Origin: a virus
Taxonomy: Duplodnaviria; Caudoviricetes
Strand: one strand, 5' to 3'
Length of the DNA stretch: 57,301 nt
IMG/VR virus record: IMGVR_UViG_3300043496_000172
Location: 1-57,301 of that record
The notes below the pieces were generated by a model. It was given only the letters and a program-made list of their open reading frames with translations. It was not told the DNA's origin and made no database searches. A program made the position numbers and the translations under genes. The number at the start of each line of letters is the position of its first letter. Position 1 is the first letter of the stretch. Below, piece by piece: positions 26,801 through 36,099 of this stretch.

Positions 26801-27633
26801 GTGGTGGTGCAGTCCCTGGTAACAGCGACCGACCACTTGCCGCATTCGATGGTCATGGCGAACACCTGCTCGGCAACCAGGGACAGCGTGTTGTCGGAAC
26901 GGTTCAGCACCGATTCCGGTGGCACGAAGATCTCCGAGTCCTGCCAGATAACTACCCGGCCAGTTGCATACATGTACTCGACCGTGGTCGTGACCGCTTC
27001 TCCGGCCGGACCGGTGCCGTCGTAACCCTGACCGAACACCACCGGAGTGCCGGCATATGTCTGCCATCCACGCCCACGCGGAAGCAGGAGATGGTTGTTG
27101 GCGAGGAACGGCATCATGTACGGACGGGCGTGAATGATTCCACCGACGATGGTGTTATCGGCCAGCCCTTGTTCCAGAATTGCCAGCGCTGTAACGGGGC
27201 ACGAGGCGGCGGTGAGCGGCGTAGCGCCTCGAAGTAGTCCGGTAATACCTGGCAGGCCGGGTGCGTTTCCACCACTCCATAGCCGCTTCTCCACTGCTCG
27301 CTGTGCCCGGAGTTGCATGCGGGTGAGGACCCGACGGCGAGCTTCGTCGTAGTCGACGCCCACGATGGAGCAGGTGTAGGACGTGTACACCGCGAACGGG
27401 GCACCCGAAACCGGGGTAGCTAGTACCTGGAAGGTCTTTGAACCAGAGACCGGGGGGCACTGCATGTCCCAGATGTAGACATCCCCGCACGAGTCTGGGA
27501 TGTACTGAACACCGCCGCCTACCGCAGGCGGTGCCGGGAAGGGTGTGGGTCCGACGGCAGCATCGAACAGCCCAGGCTGAACCTGTGGCGGTGGCGGTGG
27601 CTCCGCATAAAACGGACCGTTGAAGACTGGCAT
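26797..27633 (-). CDS. Minor capsid / capsid pentamer-like protein
   Basis: Follows major capsid; AAAGGAGG RBS before ATG 27633; PF.VY...C, GTPVVFGQGY, YATG.V. Confidence 0.7.
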   Translation of the reverse strand: MPVFNGPFYAEPPPPPQVQPGLFDAAVGPTPFPAPPAVGGGVQYIPDSCGDVYIWDMQCPPVSGSKTFQVLATPVSGAPFAVYTSYTCSIVGVDYDEARRRVLTRMQLRAQRAVEKRLWSGGNAPGLPGITGLLRGATPLTAASCPVTALAILEQGLADNTIVGGIIHARPYMMPFLANNHLLLPRGRGWQTYAGTPVVFGQGYDGTGPAGEAVTTTVEYMYATGRVVIWQDSEIFVPPESVLNRSDNTLSLVAEQVFAMTIECGKWSVAVTRDCTTT

Positions 27634-27657
27634 CAGACCTCCTTTGTCATGACAGTC

Positions 27658-27682
27658 AAAGGGGGCCGGAGAAACCGGCCCC
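27658..27682 (-). terminator. Intrinsic terminator-like hairpin after major capsid gene
   Basis: Minus strand GGGGCCGG-TTTCT-CCGGCCCC-CTTT. Confidence 0.65.
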
Positions 27683-27690
27683 GTCACGAC

Positions 27691-29412
27691 TTACGGGCAG
27701 GTCAGGGTGCCAAGACTGGTGGTCTTACCACTCGGGCAAACAGGCACCGTGTACACACGAGACAGCGGGCACATACGGATCATCTTCCAGCCGGTTTCCG
27801 TGAACAGGTGAGTCACCTGGTTCGTGGCCAGCTTGGTCGAGTCGTAGACGCTGTTCAAGGTGATGACATCGTTGACGGCGCGGACCCAGGTACCGGCCGG
27901 GTAGATGAGGAACTGAAGCGAAGACGGCAGGCTCGTGATCGGCGTCGAAGCACCTGGCGAACCAGAAACCGCACCGGTCGCGAAAGAGTCCTGCCAGTCG
28001 TAGACGAACTGTGCCCGGACACCACGAGCCGACAGGGCACCCGTGATGGCCGAATCGGCCAGCGTCAGCGTGTTCGCGTAGTCGCCACCGTTACGACGGA
28101 TCCAGTCGGCCCGCATCTGGGCGAGGATCCAGAACGGCAGGACTACTTCCAGCGTCGCGGTGCGCTGAAGACGCAGCCGGTACTTGATGTCGACCGTGGC
28201 CATCTCGATCGCAGACAGCACCTGCGACACGGTTGAACCGTCCGTGGCCCACGGTGCAAATGCGGTCAGGCTGACTGCAGTAGAGCCGGCAACCATGGCC
28301 GCGATCTGCTCACGGTTGACCTGGTGCGCAGACGCAGCCATCGCGCCACGGGTGAAGGTGGCCGTGAACTCCGGGTAACCCCGGATCGACAGGATGTTGC
28401 CGGTCAGGCAGATGCCGGTGACACCGAGACGGTCATCCACGAAGTCGGGGCAGGGGATCTCCAGGCACGTCTTCGTCGTCCCGGCTGCAACTTGAGCCTC
28501 AGTCAAGTTGAAGAAGCCGGTACCCGAACCGAAGATGTAAGAGAAGTCGATACCGGTGTTGTGTCGGATACCGCCACGACGAGCCTGAACCTCAGGCGCG
28601 TCGAGGAGACCATCACTGGTGATCTGGAGGCAGATGTCGTAGTCGGTTTCCGACGGTGCACACCAACCAGCAGCTGCAACCAAAGAGTCGCGACCGGGTT
28701 GCGTTGCCTCAATCTCCTTGCGGCGGATCTCGGTAGAAGCAATCAGCGAACCACCCGGCAGGCGTTCCTCGTTGATGAGCTTCATCAGCTTCGGGTAGTC
28801 GTTGTCGTCCATGAAAACGGAGTACTCGTCCGGGTAGTCACGGACCATCTTCGCGACACCGTAGTGGATCGGACCCTGACCCACCGGGCCAGAGGCACCA
28901 GCGTGACCGGCACTCCGGGCGATGAACGCCTTAGCCACATCCACCATGTCGGTGAACTTGTGACCAGCTTCGTAGTCTGGGACGCCAGCTGCCGCGATCA
29001 GCGTGGAGTAAGCCTCCCGCTTCACGGCATGGGTCTGGACCTGGTTGCCGTTACGGTCGATGATGTCGGATACCCGAACGCTGACCACGCCAGAGTCATC
29101 CGTGGTGGCGGTGACGGTGGTGGAAGCAGTGACTGCCGCTTCGTCTACGTCGTCCTTCTCGGCTTCCTCGTCCTCATCGTTGGCGAGGGCGGAGAAGCGG
29201 TTCGAGCGTTCCTGGCGTTCCTGAATCTCGGCCGGGATGTCGTACTTGTAGAACTGCTTCAGTCCGGCAAGTTCATCGAGCTCATCTGCGGTGATCGTCT
29301 CGGCAGAAACCGACGACATCATGGTGGAGTATTCGGTTTCTGCCTCGGCACGCTTCGCCTTGAGGGCAGAGACCGTGAAGACAGTCAGGTCTTCGGGGAT
29401 TTCGAAAGCCAT
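27691..29412 (-). CDS. Major capsid protein with N-terminal scaffold-like region
   Basis: LVAAAGWCAPSETDYD, RGGI, KTCLEIPCPDF, LTGNIL..RGYPE, LFTE motifs. Confidence 0.9.
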   Translation of the reverse strand: MAFEIPEDLTVFTVSALKAKRAEAETEYSTMMSSVSAETITADELDELAGLKQFYKYDIPAEIQERQERSNRFSALANDEDEEAEKDDVDEAAVTASTTVTATTDDSGVVSVRVSDIIDRNGNQVQTHAVKREAYSTLIAAAGVPDYEAGHKFTDMVDVAKAFIARSAGHAGASGPVGQGPIHYGVAKMVRDYPDEYSVFMDDNDYPKLMKLINEERLPGGSLIASTEIRRKEIEATQPGRDSLVAAAGWCAPSETDYDICLQITSDGLLDAPEVQARRGGIRHNTGIDFSYIFGSGTGFFNLTEAQVAAGTTKTCLEIPCPDFVDDRLGVTGICLTGNILSIRGYPEFTATFTRGAMAASAHQVNREQIAAMVAGSTAVSLTAFAPWATDGSTVSQVLSAIEMATVDIKYRLRLQRTATLEVVLPFWILAQMRADWIRRNGGDYANTLTLADSAITGALSARGVRAQFVYDWQDSFATGAVSGSPGASTPITSLPSSLQFLIYPAGTWVRAVNDVITLNSVYDSTKLATNQVTHLFTETGWKMIRMCPLSRVYTVPVCPSGKTTSLGTLTCP

Positions 29413-29490
29413 TGTGGGCCTCTCATCGGAAGGGTGAACTTCCGGTGCAGGCCCACAGCTACAGCCACCGATCTATCCTGGATAGTAACA

Positions 29491-29646
29491 CTAGATCTTG
29501 CTATACGAAGTACCTACCGGTCCGAGGATTGCGGCAGCTTTTGCCTCATGAAGACCGGTTACGACCTTCTTCTCCCCGTTTGGGTACTTCACCTCATACA
29601 TGGGCTCTGGCTCCTTCGCCTGTCCCTCATTGCATGCGCAACCCAT
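29491..29646 (-). CDS. Small MGCAC-type protein (51 aa)
   Basis: GGAGGGAGG RBS; MGCACNEG...YEVKYPNGEKK; not in the ORF track. Confidence 0.65.
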   Translation of the reverse strand: MGCACNEGQAKEPEPMYEVKYPNGEKKVVTGLHEAKAAAILGPVGTSYSKI

Positions 29647-29677
29647 TCAGATCGCCTCCCTCCATGTTCACGGTAAA

Positions 29678-32600
29678 TCAGCTGGCCCGTGTAAGAGCCA
29701 CTTTCTCAGCTTTTCGGCTCGGATTCCGGCGGATGTCGTTCAGTTCCTTGATCGCCGCAGCGACAACTCGGTCCAGTTCGACTTTGCCTTCCTGGCTTTC
29801 ATGACGCCGGTTCAACAACTTGGTCAGTGCTGCATCGAGACGCAGCGGACTGGCGACCTCAGGGTCACCATTCTTCAGCTTGCGCAGGATCGTTTCCAGC
29901 ATGTCCGCCTCGCCTGGATCGCCGTGACTGAGCGGACCCCGGGCCAGCGGGATCGACTGAATTTCTCTGGCCAGTTTTTCCAGGAACGGTGGCGCACCAA
30001 AGGTTTGAATCTGCACCTTAGGCGTGTCAACTTTCTTGACGATATCTTCCAGCTCACTGCGTGCCTTCGACCCAGCTGGCATCCGGGCAGCCAGTTTCTT
30101 TACCTGGTCTACGAACTCATCGCCGGTGATTTCGCCTGACACTTGCCGGGTGGCGATTTTCCCGAGCACGTTCTCCAGCCGGTCGCCGTCGACTTCGAGG
30201 TCTCGGTCTTTGCCCATGCCGGACAGAGCCTGGCCAACGTTCCCGCTGGCGTGGAAGTACACCGGCCCCGGTGCACCGCCCCAACCGTTCTTCAGGACCG
30301 GCTTGTCGGAGTAGACACCGGCACGAACCTCATCGTTACGGAAGCCACCTTGGGCAACTTTCCGGATACCAGCGGCAGTTTGCTCATTCGCGGCTTCCTG
30401 CGCTGCTGCCTTGGCAGCTTTCTTCGTCACCTTCTTGGCTGGAGAAGGAGCTGGGGCTGGTGGTGTCGCTGCCTTGACGGCTGCCTTCACTGCCTTCTTG
30501 GCCGGAGCCGGTGCCCCCGCCTGTTCCTGCTGGGCCAGGATGCTGGCGATGCGGTCCTTCCGGGCCATGCTGGTGAACTTGATGCCGCGTTCATCTTCGA
30601 TGCCTTTGATGTCGGGCACCGTCATCTCCTGAAGCTCCGCTTCGGTGTACCGGTGTGCGCCGGCTGGGAGTTTCGCCTCAGGTGCTGCCACCTTCTTGAC
30701 TGCCTTCGCTGGTGACAGATCCCGGGCAACTTCAGCCTGGGCGGCTTTCGCTACCCGACGTGTTTCCACTGCCTGCTCCACTGATTTCTTTGGCAGTTCG
30801 TCTTCGCGAATGGAGATTTGAGTCTTGTTCTGGTTGCCCAGAATGATTCCAGCAGCCCGATCAGCGTCGGTGAGAGTGTGCTGACCTGGCGTCGTGGTGA
30901 CGTACGTACCAGGTTTCACATTCATTCGCGCCAGTGCTGCGTCTACTTCCTCGCGATTGAAACCGGCGGGGATTTCGTTACGGAAGTCGGCAATGTAAAC
31001 AGAGTCAGTCTTATCCGTTTTGCCAGCTTTTTTATGTGCCCGCTTGAATGCCTGAACGATGGCAGCTTCAACTTCAGCCTGCCGTTCAGGCGTACCAGCG
31101 TGAGCCTGGTCCGGGACCGTTCCTTCGAATCCGGGCCGGACAACAACTCTGGCTGGCGGACCTTCAACCTGACTGGCCAATGCCTTGGTTCGAGCCAGTT
31201 CCTGGTCGAACTGAGCCTTTGTCATGTTCTGCGGTGCGGGTGTTCTCGGCGCCAGCTCTGCCTCATTGGCAAGTGCTTTGGTACGGGCCAACTGCTCGTC
31301 AAGCTGCCCCTTTGACATGTTCTGCGGTAGCGCAGCCTTCGCAGGAGCCGCCTTCTTCGCTGCCCGTGCCAGGGTCGCTTTAACCGGCGCAGCCTTTTTG
31401 GCTGGCGGTGCCACCTTCTGCGCTACTTCGGCCAGGACTTCTTGCACCACAGCCTGTTTGGCTACTGGCTTGCGGGTACGAACTTCCTTCGCTTCGGCAT
31501 CATATTGCTTCGCGATCCCATCAAACCGAGCGGCTTGTTCCGCGCGGGCTTCTGGCGACAGGGTCTTGTCACGTTTCGCTGCATCCCGCTTACTGCGCCA
31601 GTCTCGGGCATGAGTTCGGAGCTGAACCCCGGCTGCCTGTGGAGTGATCTCACCAGCTTCGAGAGACGTGATCGTGTCCCGGAGGCCGGCTCCCTCCATC
31701 GTGTCGCCTTTGATGTCGGCGGAAGGTTTCGGTGCTGTTGGCTCTGGTTTCGCTGCTGGTGCTTCTGGCAGTTTCGGGGTGACGTCTTCACCGGCCAGGT
31801 GCCGGCGAGCCATGTCGCGCACCATTTCGGTAGCGATCTGGTCTTTCGTCAGCGGACCCTCAGGCAGTTTGATGCCCTGGAGTTCAGCTGCCTTCCGGAG
31901 ATCGTCTTCCGTGGAAGACTTCCACGTCTCCCATTCATGGGCGTCCAGGGCAATAGCCTGGACTTCTTGCATGACTTCTTTCCGGGACACAGTGGATGGA
32001 CCCTTGCCGCCGAGTCCTTCGATCGCTGTGCGCTGCCACCCAACCGACTCCAGGTCCAGTTCCCGGTTGCGGGTGAGATTGGTGCGTTCGGCCTGTGTCA
32101 GGTTGGGGTCTTTCAGCTCCTTTTCTGCTCGGGCGATGCCGGATTCGCTGGTGCGAATCATGGTGGTCAGGCGACGCTTCGCATCGGCGACCTTGTTCTC
32201 GGACAGCAGTTTCCGGATGCCGTCCGCTTGTGCCTTGTTGCCGAAGTCGCCTGGAACAGTGATGCCTTTTTCGTCCAGGATCTGATCGAGGTCGACGCCG
32301 GAGGTCTTGACTCGGGTCTTTTCTTGAGCGACTCGTTCGGCTACCTCAACGACATGGGTCCGGTCTTTCTCCGGCATGTCAGCGAGGACCCGCTCCTGCA
32401 TCTTCGGATCAATTTCACCGATCCGGGCGAGGAGTCGAGCGGCGACCCGGTCTTCGACCGAGACTTTGGCCGGTCCCTTGGTTGCCTCTACTTCCTGGCG
32501 TACTTCAGCTACCGCAGCCGGAGTGATCTTCTTCGCTGCCTTCTTGGCCACCTTTACCGGAGCAGCCTCAGCCAACGTCTTGACTTGACGGAACCGATCC

Positions 32601-35600
32601 AACGCCTCCCGTGCGTTGTCCTCACCATCGCGGGCAGCATCCAACTGCTGCTGGACGTCGTCGAAGTCCTGGCTTTCTGGATCAGTGTCGTTGAGACGCT
32701 GCTCCAGTCGTCGAACCTCTTCAGCAGCGTCCTGGACATCACCCCGAAGCGACTCTTCGTGGGCAACATTTTCATGGAGAGCCGGACCGGTGGCAGCTTT
32801 CTTGGCTTCCGCCACAGACTTGGTAGCCGGAGTCCGGAGACGGTCAGTGGATACCACACTGTCAGAGGTATGGATCGCATCGGCAAGCGTCTGGAACTGG
32901 CCAGAGTTGTGCTGGGCTCGGTCAGCTGCCGCACCGTCACCGGCCTTGATTGCCTTGGTGACCTCCATCTGCCATTTACGCTCGGCTCGTTTCGCTGCCT
33001 GCCGGGCCTGGAGTTTGCTCCAGGTCCCGGCCCGAACCTTGTCCGCGATTTCATTGAATTCAGCGGCAGTGTCACCACCGCCAGTCTGGGACTGATGCTC
33101 GGCGATAACAGCTTCCAGCGACTCCCGCTTAACCTGTGCAGCGGTCTTCTTGGCCGGTGCAGCAGCAGCAGCCTTCTTCGCTGCCTTTTTCAGGACAGCT
33201 GGGACCCCTGGCATTTCGGCAACTGTTGCCAGTGCCTTAGCTTGCGGAGTTGCAGGCTCTTCAGGTGCAGGCTGCGCTGCCTTCTTCGCAACCTTGACTG
33301 CCTTGGCGGCAGCGGCCTTCTTCACCGGTGCTTCGATCGCCTGGTCGATGGCCTTTTCACGGTCGACGCCCTGAGCCCGCAGTTGCTTGTAGACCTTCAG
33401 GTCTTCTGGTGCCAGCTCTGGTGTGCCGGCTTGAGCCAGCGCTTCCTCGGCGGTAGCCGGCGCCTTCGGGTTGGCCTTGTCCTCTTCCTCGCCCCGGATC
33501 CGGCCGAGGATTTGACGCTTCAACAGGCCAGGAGAGAGGGCAACACCGTTTGCTTTGGCATGCTCCTTCAGTTGGGCAATGGTCATCTTGTCCAGGTCGA
33601 CAGCCGGGGCGCCTTCAACCTTCTTCTGAAGGTCCGGATTCGCTTTCCAGTGTGCGGCCAATTCCTTGGCCAGGACTGACTTCAGCTTCAGCTTCTTGTC
33701 GGCCCGGGTTTCGACACCCCACTTGTCAGCGAGACCACGCATGTCACCGACCGACAGGGCGTTGACGCCGGTGAGGATGTTCTTCTCCGTGCGACCAGCC
33801 AGCGAAGTTTCGGCCTGCTCCACGTTCGGAGCGGCCTTCGCCACCTTCTTGACCGGAACCCGCTTCGGCAGCTTCTCCTCGTTAGCCTCAATCGCGTCGG
33901 CTACCTTGCGCAGGTAGTTAGCCTCTGGGGTGTCATCTTGACGGGCTTGGTCCCGTAGCCGGGCAGCAGCTTTCGGCTTGGTGGTGCGACCGTTGCGAAG
34001 CAGATCGGCCTGCTCGTCGAGGAGAACATCTCCAGCCGTCATCTTGGCTGGTTCAGGTCCAACCTCGTCCGACCACTGTTTGCGTTGTTCTGCGTTTAGG
34101 CGGTCATCTTCGAGGTCCTGCTGCCGCTGGGTGGCAAGCTTCTGCTGCCGCTCTGCCTGTGGCTCGGTTCGGGGGGCGGCGTCTTTTGCCAGCCGACCAG
34201 CGCCACCGTTGGGTTTCGCTGCTTCAGTGACGGCAGAAGGTTCACCAGGTAGCCGGTCCTGGCCACCGCCGGGGCGGGTGCGCTCCTTGATCTTTTTGAC
34301 TGCGGCCGCGTCCAGCTCACGGATGACGTCGGCTTTGGCCTTGCGGTTCTTCTCACCAAGGGAGAAGTGGCTTCGGATCAGGTCGGCCAGCTTTTCCTGG
34401 CGTTCAACGTCAGTGGCTAGGTGCCGGTCGGCTAGCCCTTCCTGGCTGCCCTGATGCAGCTTGTTGCGTTCGATGTCTGCTTCAAGGTCACGCAACGCAT
34501 CCTGTGGAGTGACCTTGCCGCTACTGATGGCATTCATGGCGCTGTTGAATTCCCGGCGGCGGGCCGGGTCCAGCGGCGCTGGAAGGTCTGCGTTGGCTAC
34601 AGCTTCCCGGAAGCTGACAGCGGGGTTTCCGGTGACGAGTGCAGTGGCACCGTTTGGTGGTTCAACTCCACTCGGTGCAGGAGCCTCCACGGGGGTGGGG
34701 GTTTCTGGTACGCTCGGCGTAGTCGCTGGTGGAGCGGCAGGTTCTGCCGGAACCTGCGCTCGGGAAGGCTGCTCCACCGGCGCAGGCGTAGGTGCGGTCC
34801 CAGGGGTGGATGGCTGCGCCTGCCGGGGCGCAGGCTCCTGGGTTACCGCTGCTGGTCGGCCCAGGACCTGCGCCCGCCGCGTTGCCCGCTCCGTAGCCGC
34901 ATCCCGGTTGATGGTCCCGTTCGGATTCTCCGGCAGGCCACCCGCTGCCTGGCCGCCTGGAAGTTGGCTGGCTCCCTGCTCACCCATCAAGCGCTGAGTC
35001 TGAGCATTGCGGAGGGCAGTGATCGCAGCCTCACGGTCGGCTGGCTTTCCTGGCCCAGCGTGACCAGTTTCCGGTGCCGGGTTCTCCCCCGCCGTCTTCG
35101 GGGTTGCTACCGCCCACATGAAGTACCCACCGCGACCATCAGGCTTGACCTTGGTGACGGTCATTTCCTGATCCCGGTCAAAGAACATGCGCCGGTCGCT
35201 GGGCGTCTGGCCAGGAATGGCCATCCGAGTGCCTTTAGGCGTAGCGATGGACAGCGTGATGTTGCCGTTTCCACCACCCAGTGGCGTACCCATGTTGACG
35301 GCACCATAGCCACGGTTGGCGATGATGTTGCCGGTCATTTCCTCCAGCTCCGGCAGCCGGTCAGGAGTCAGACCGAAGGCAGACGGTGGAACCACCTGCG
35401 ACACGATGATGTCGTCCGGGATGTCCTGCATCTCCGAGTCCATCATGCTGACGAATTTCTTCGTCGATGGCTCGTCCGGGTTGCCGTCTAACAGGTCCTC
35501 GTTGGCGTTGAAGAAATCAGCCTGTAGCCGTTCATAGCCACCGTTGGTGAACCGGCCAGGCTTACGCTGGGCCAGGTTCTGGGTGTACTGCGTTGCCTGA

Positions 35601-35761
35601 CTGTCTGACTGGAAGGTGCGCGGACGGAAGTTTTCCGTGATCTTCAGTACCGCAGCCAGGACAGCTGGACCCATTTTCCATTTCGTGCGGAAACGTCCAT
35701 GACTGTCACGCGGGTGAAGGAGTTCTTCCCGCGTGCCCCAGCTGTCACCAATCCCAGCCAT
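29678..35761 (-). CDS. Giant Ala/Lys-rich head-region protein with degenerate VIP2-like ADP-ribosyltransferase domain and HeH/SAP-like motifs
   Basis: 2027-aa ORF; HPRDSHGRF; IANRGY..., IATPKGT; LDKMTIAQLKEHAKANGV-type motifs; AKKA repeats. Confidence 0.6.
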   Translation of the reverse strand: MAGIGDSWGTREELLHPRDSHGRFRTKWKMGPAVLAAVLKITENFRPRTFQSDSQATQYTQNLAQRKPGRFTNGGYERLQADFFNANEDLLDGNPDEPSTKKFVSMMDSEMQDIPDDIIVSQVVPPSAFGLTPDRLPELEEMTGNIIANRGYGAVNMGTPLGGGNGNITLSIATPKGTRMAIPGQTPSDRRMFFDRDQEMTVTKVKPDGRGGYFMWAVATPKTAGENPAPETGHAGPGKPADREAAITALRNAQTQRLMGEQGASQLPGGQAAGGLPENPNGTINRDAATERATRRAQVLGRPAAVTQEPAPRQAQPSTPGTAPTPAPVEQPSRAQVPAEPAAPPATTPSVPETPTPVEAPAPSGVEPPNGATALVTGNPAVSFREAVANADLPAPLDPARRREFNSAMNAISSGKVTPQDALRDLEADIERNKLHQGSQEGLADRHLATDVERQEKLADLIRSHFSLGEKNRKAKADVIRELDAAAVKKIKERTRPGGGQDRLPGEPSAVTEAAKPNGGAGRLAKDAAPRTEPQAERQQKLATQRQQDLEDDRLNAEQRKQWSDEVGPEPAKMTAGDVLLDEQADLLRNGRTTKPKAAARLRDQARQDDTPEANYLRKVADAIEANEEKLPKRVPVKKVAKAAPNVEQAETSLAGRTEKNILTGVNALSVGDMRGLADKWGVETRADKKLKLKSVLAKELAAHWKANPDLQKKVEGAPAVDLDKMTIAQLKEHAKANGVALSPGLLKRQILGRIRGEEEDKANPKAPATAEEALAQAGTPELAPEDLKVYKQLRAQGVDREKAIDQAIEAPVKKAAAAKAVKVAKKAAQPAPEEPATPQAKALATVAEMPGVPAVLKKAAKKAAAAAPAKKTAAQVKRESLEAVIAEHQSQTGGGDTAAEFNEIADKVRAGTWSKLQARQAAKRAERKWQMEVTKAIKAGDGAAADRAQHNSGQFQTLADAIHTSDSVVSTDRLRTPATKSVAEAKKAATGPALHENVAHEESLRGDVQDAAEEVRRLEQRLNDTDPESQDFDDVQQQLDAARDGEDNAREALDRFRQVKTLAEAAPVKVAKKAAKKITPAAVAEVRQEVEATKGPAKVSVEDRVAARLLARIGEIDPKMQERVLADMPEKDRTHVVEVAERVAQEKTRVKTSGVDLDQILDEKGITVPGDFGNKAQADGIRKLLSENKVADAKRRLTTMIRTSESGIARAEKELKDPNLTQAERTNLTRNRELDLESVGWQRTAIEGLGGKGPSTVSRKEVMQEVQAIALDAHEWETWKSSTEDDLRKAAELQGIKLPEGPLTKDQIATEMVRDMARRHLAGEDVTPKLPEAPAAKPEPTAPKPSADIKGDTMEGAGLRDTITSLEAGEITPQAAGVQLRTHARDWRSKRDAAKRDKTLSPEARAEQAARFDGIAKQYDAEAKEVRTRKPVAKQAVVQEVLAEVAQKVAPPAKKAAPVKATLARAAKKAAPAKAALPQNMSKGQLDEQLARTKALANEAELAPRTPAPQNMTKAQFDQELARTKALASQVEGPPARVVVRPGFEGTVPDQAHAGTPERQAEVEAAIVQAFKRAHKKAGKTDKTDSVYIADFRNEIPAGFNREEVDAALARMNVKPGTYVTTTPGQHTLTDADRAAGIILGNQNKTQISIREDELPKKSVEQAVETRRVAKAAQAEVARDLSPAKAVKKVAAPEAKLPAGAHRYTEAELQEMTVPDIKGIEDERGIKFTSMARKDRIASILAQQEQAGAPAPAKKAVKAAVKAATPPAPAPSPAKKVTKKAAKAAAQEAANEQTAAGIRKVAQGGFRNDEVRAGVYSDKPVLKNGWGGAPGPVYFHASGNVGQALSGMGKDRDLEVDGDRLENVLGKIATRQVSGEITGDEFVDQVKKLAARMPAGSKARSELEDIVKKVDTPKVQIQTFGAPPFLEKLAREIQSIPLARGPLSHGDPGEADMLETILRKLKNGDPEVASPLRLDAALTKLLNRRHESQEGKVELDRVVAAAIKELNDIRRNPSRKAEKVALTRAS

Positions 35762-35767
35762 GTTCGC

Positions 35768-36097
35768 CTATCCGCTCGTTGGAGGTAGTGTCTGAGTCTG
35801 TGCAGCCACTGGGGTTGTAGCCGGTGGCGCTGCCGGGGGAACCTCTGCTGGGCCTGGTGGGGTTCCTCCGGATTCTTCCCCTTCGGTCCGCTTCACGATC
35901 GAGTAGCGGGCACCCATCTGCATAGCAAGGAGTTCCTGATCAGAGCCTGGGACAGCCTCCGTCGCGCCCGCCTCCGGAGCCGGGATCATCTCGGCTGGAC
36001 CCGGAACTACTGGAGCTGCCGCCGGGGCTGGTGCTGGTACTCCGGCCGGTGCCGGTGCTCCGGCGACAGCGGGTGCGACTGCTGGTACGGGTTGCAT
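35768..36097 (-). CDS. Pro/Ala-rich hypothetical protein
   Basis: Packed ORF. Confidence 0.55.
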   Translation of the reverse strand: MQPVPAVAPAVAGAPAPAGVPAPAPAAAPVVPGPAEMIPAPEAGATEAVPGSDQELLAMQMGARYSIVKRTEGEESGGTPPGPAEVPPAAPPATTPVAAQTQTLPPTSG

Positions 36098-36099
36098 CT

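Noticed and set aside
27634-27687. N-terminal extension of the minor capsid ORF to 27687
   Set aside because: Runs through a terminator-like hairpin; the RBS supports ATG 27633
31442-33679. 745-aa plus-strand ORF and similar long antisense ORFs such as 28324-29676 and 39313-40434
   Set aside because: Shadows of high-GC genes on the opposite strand; no recognisable motifs
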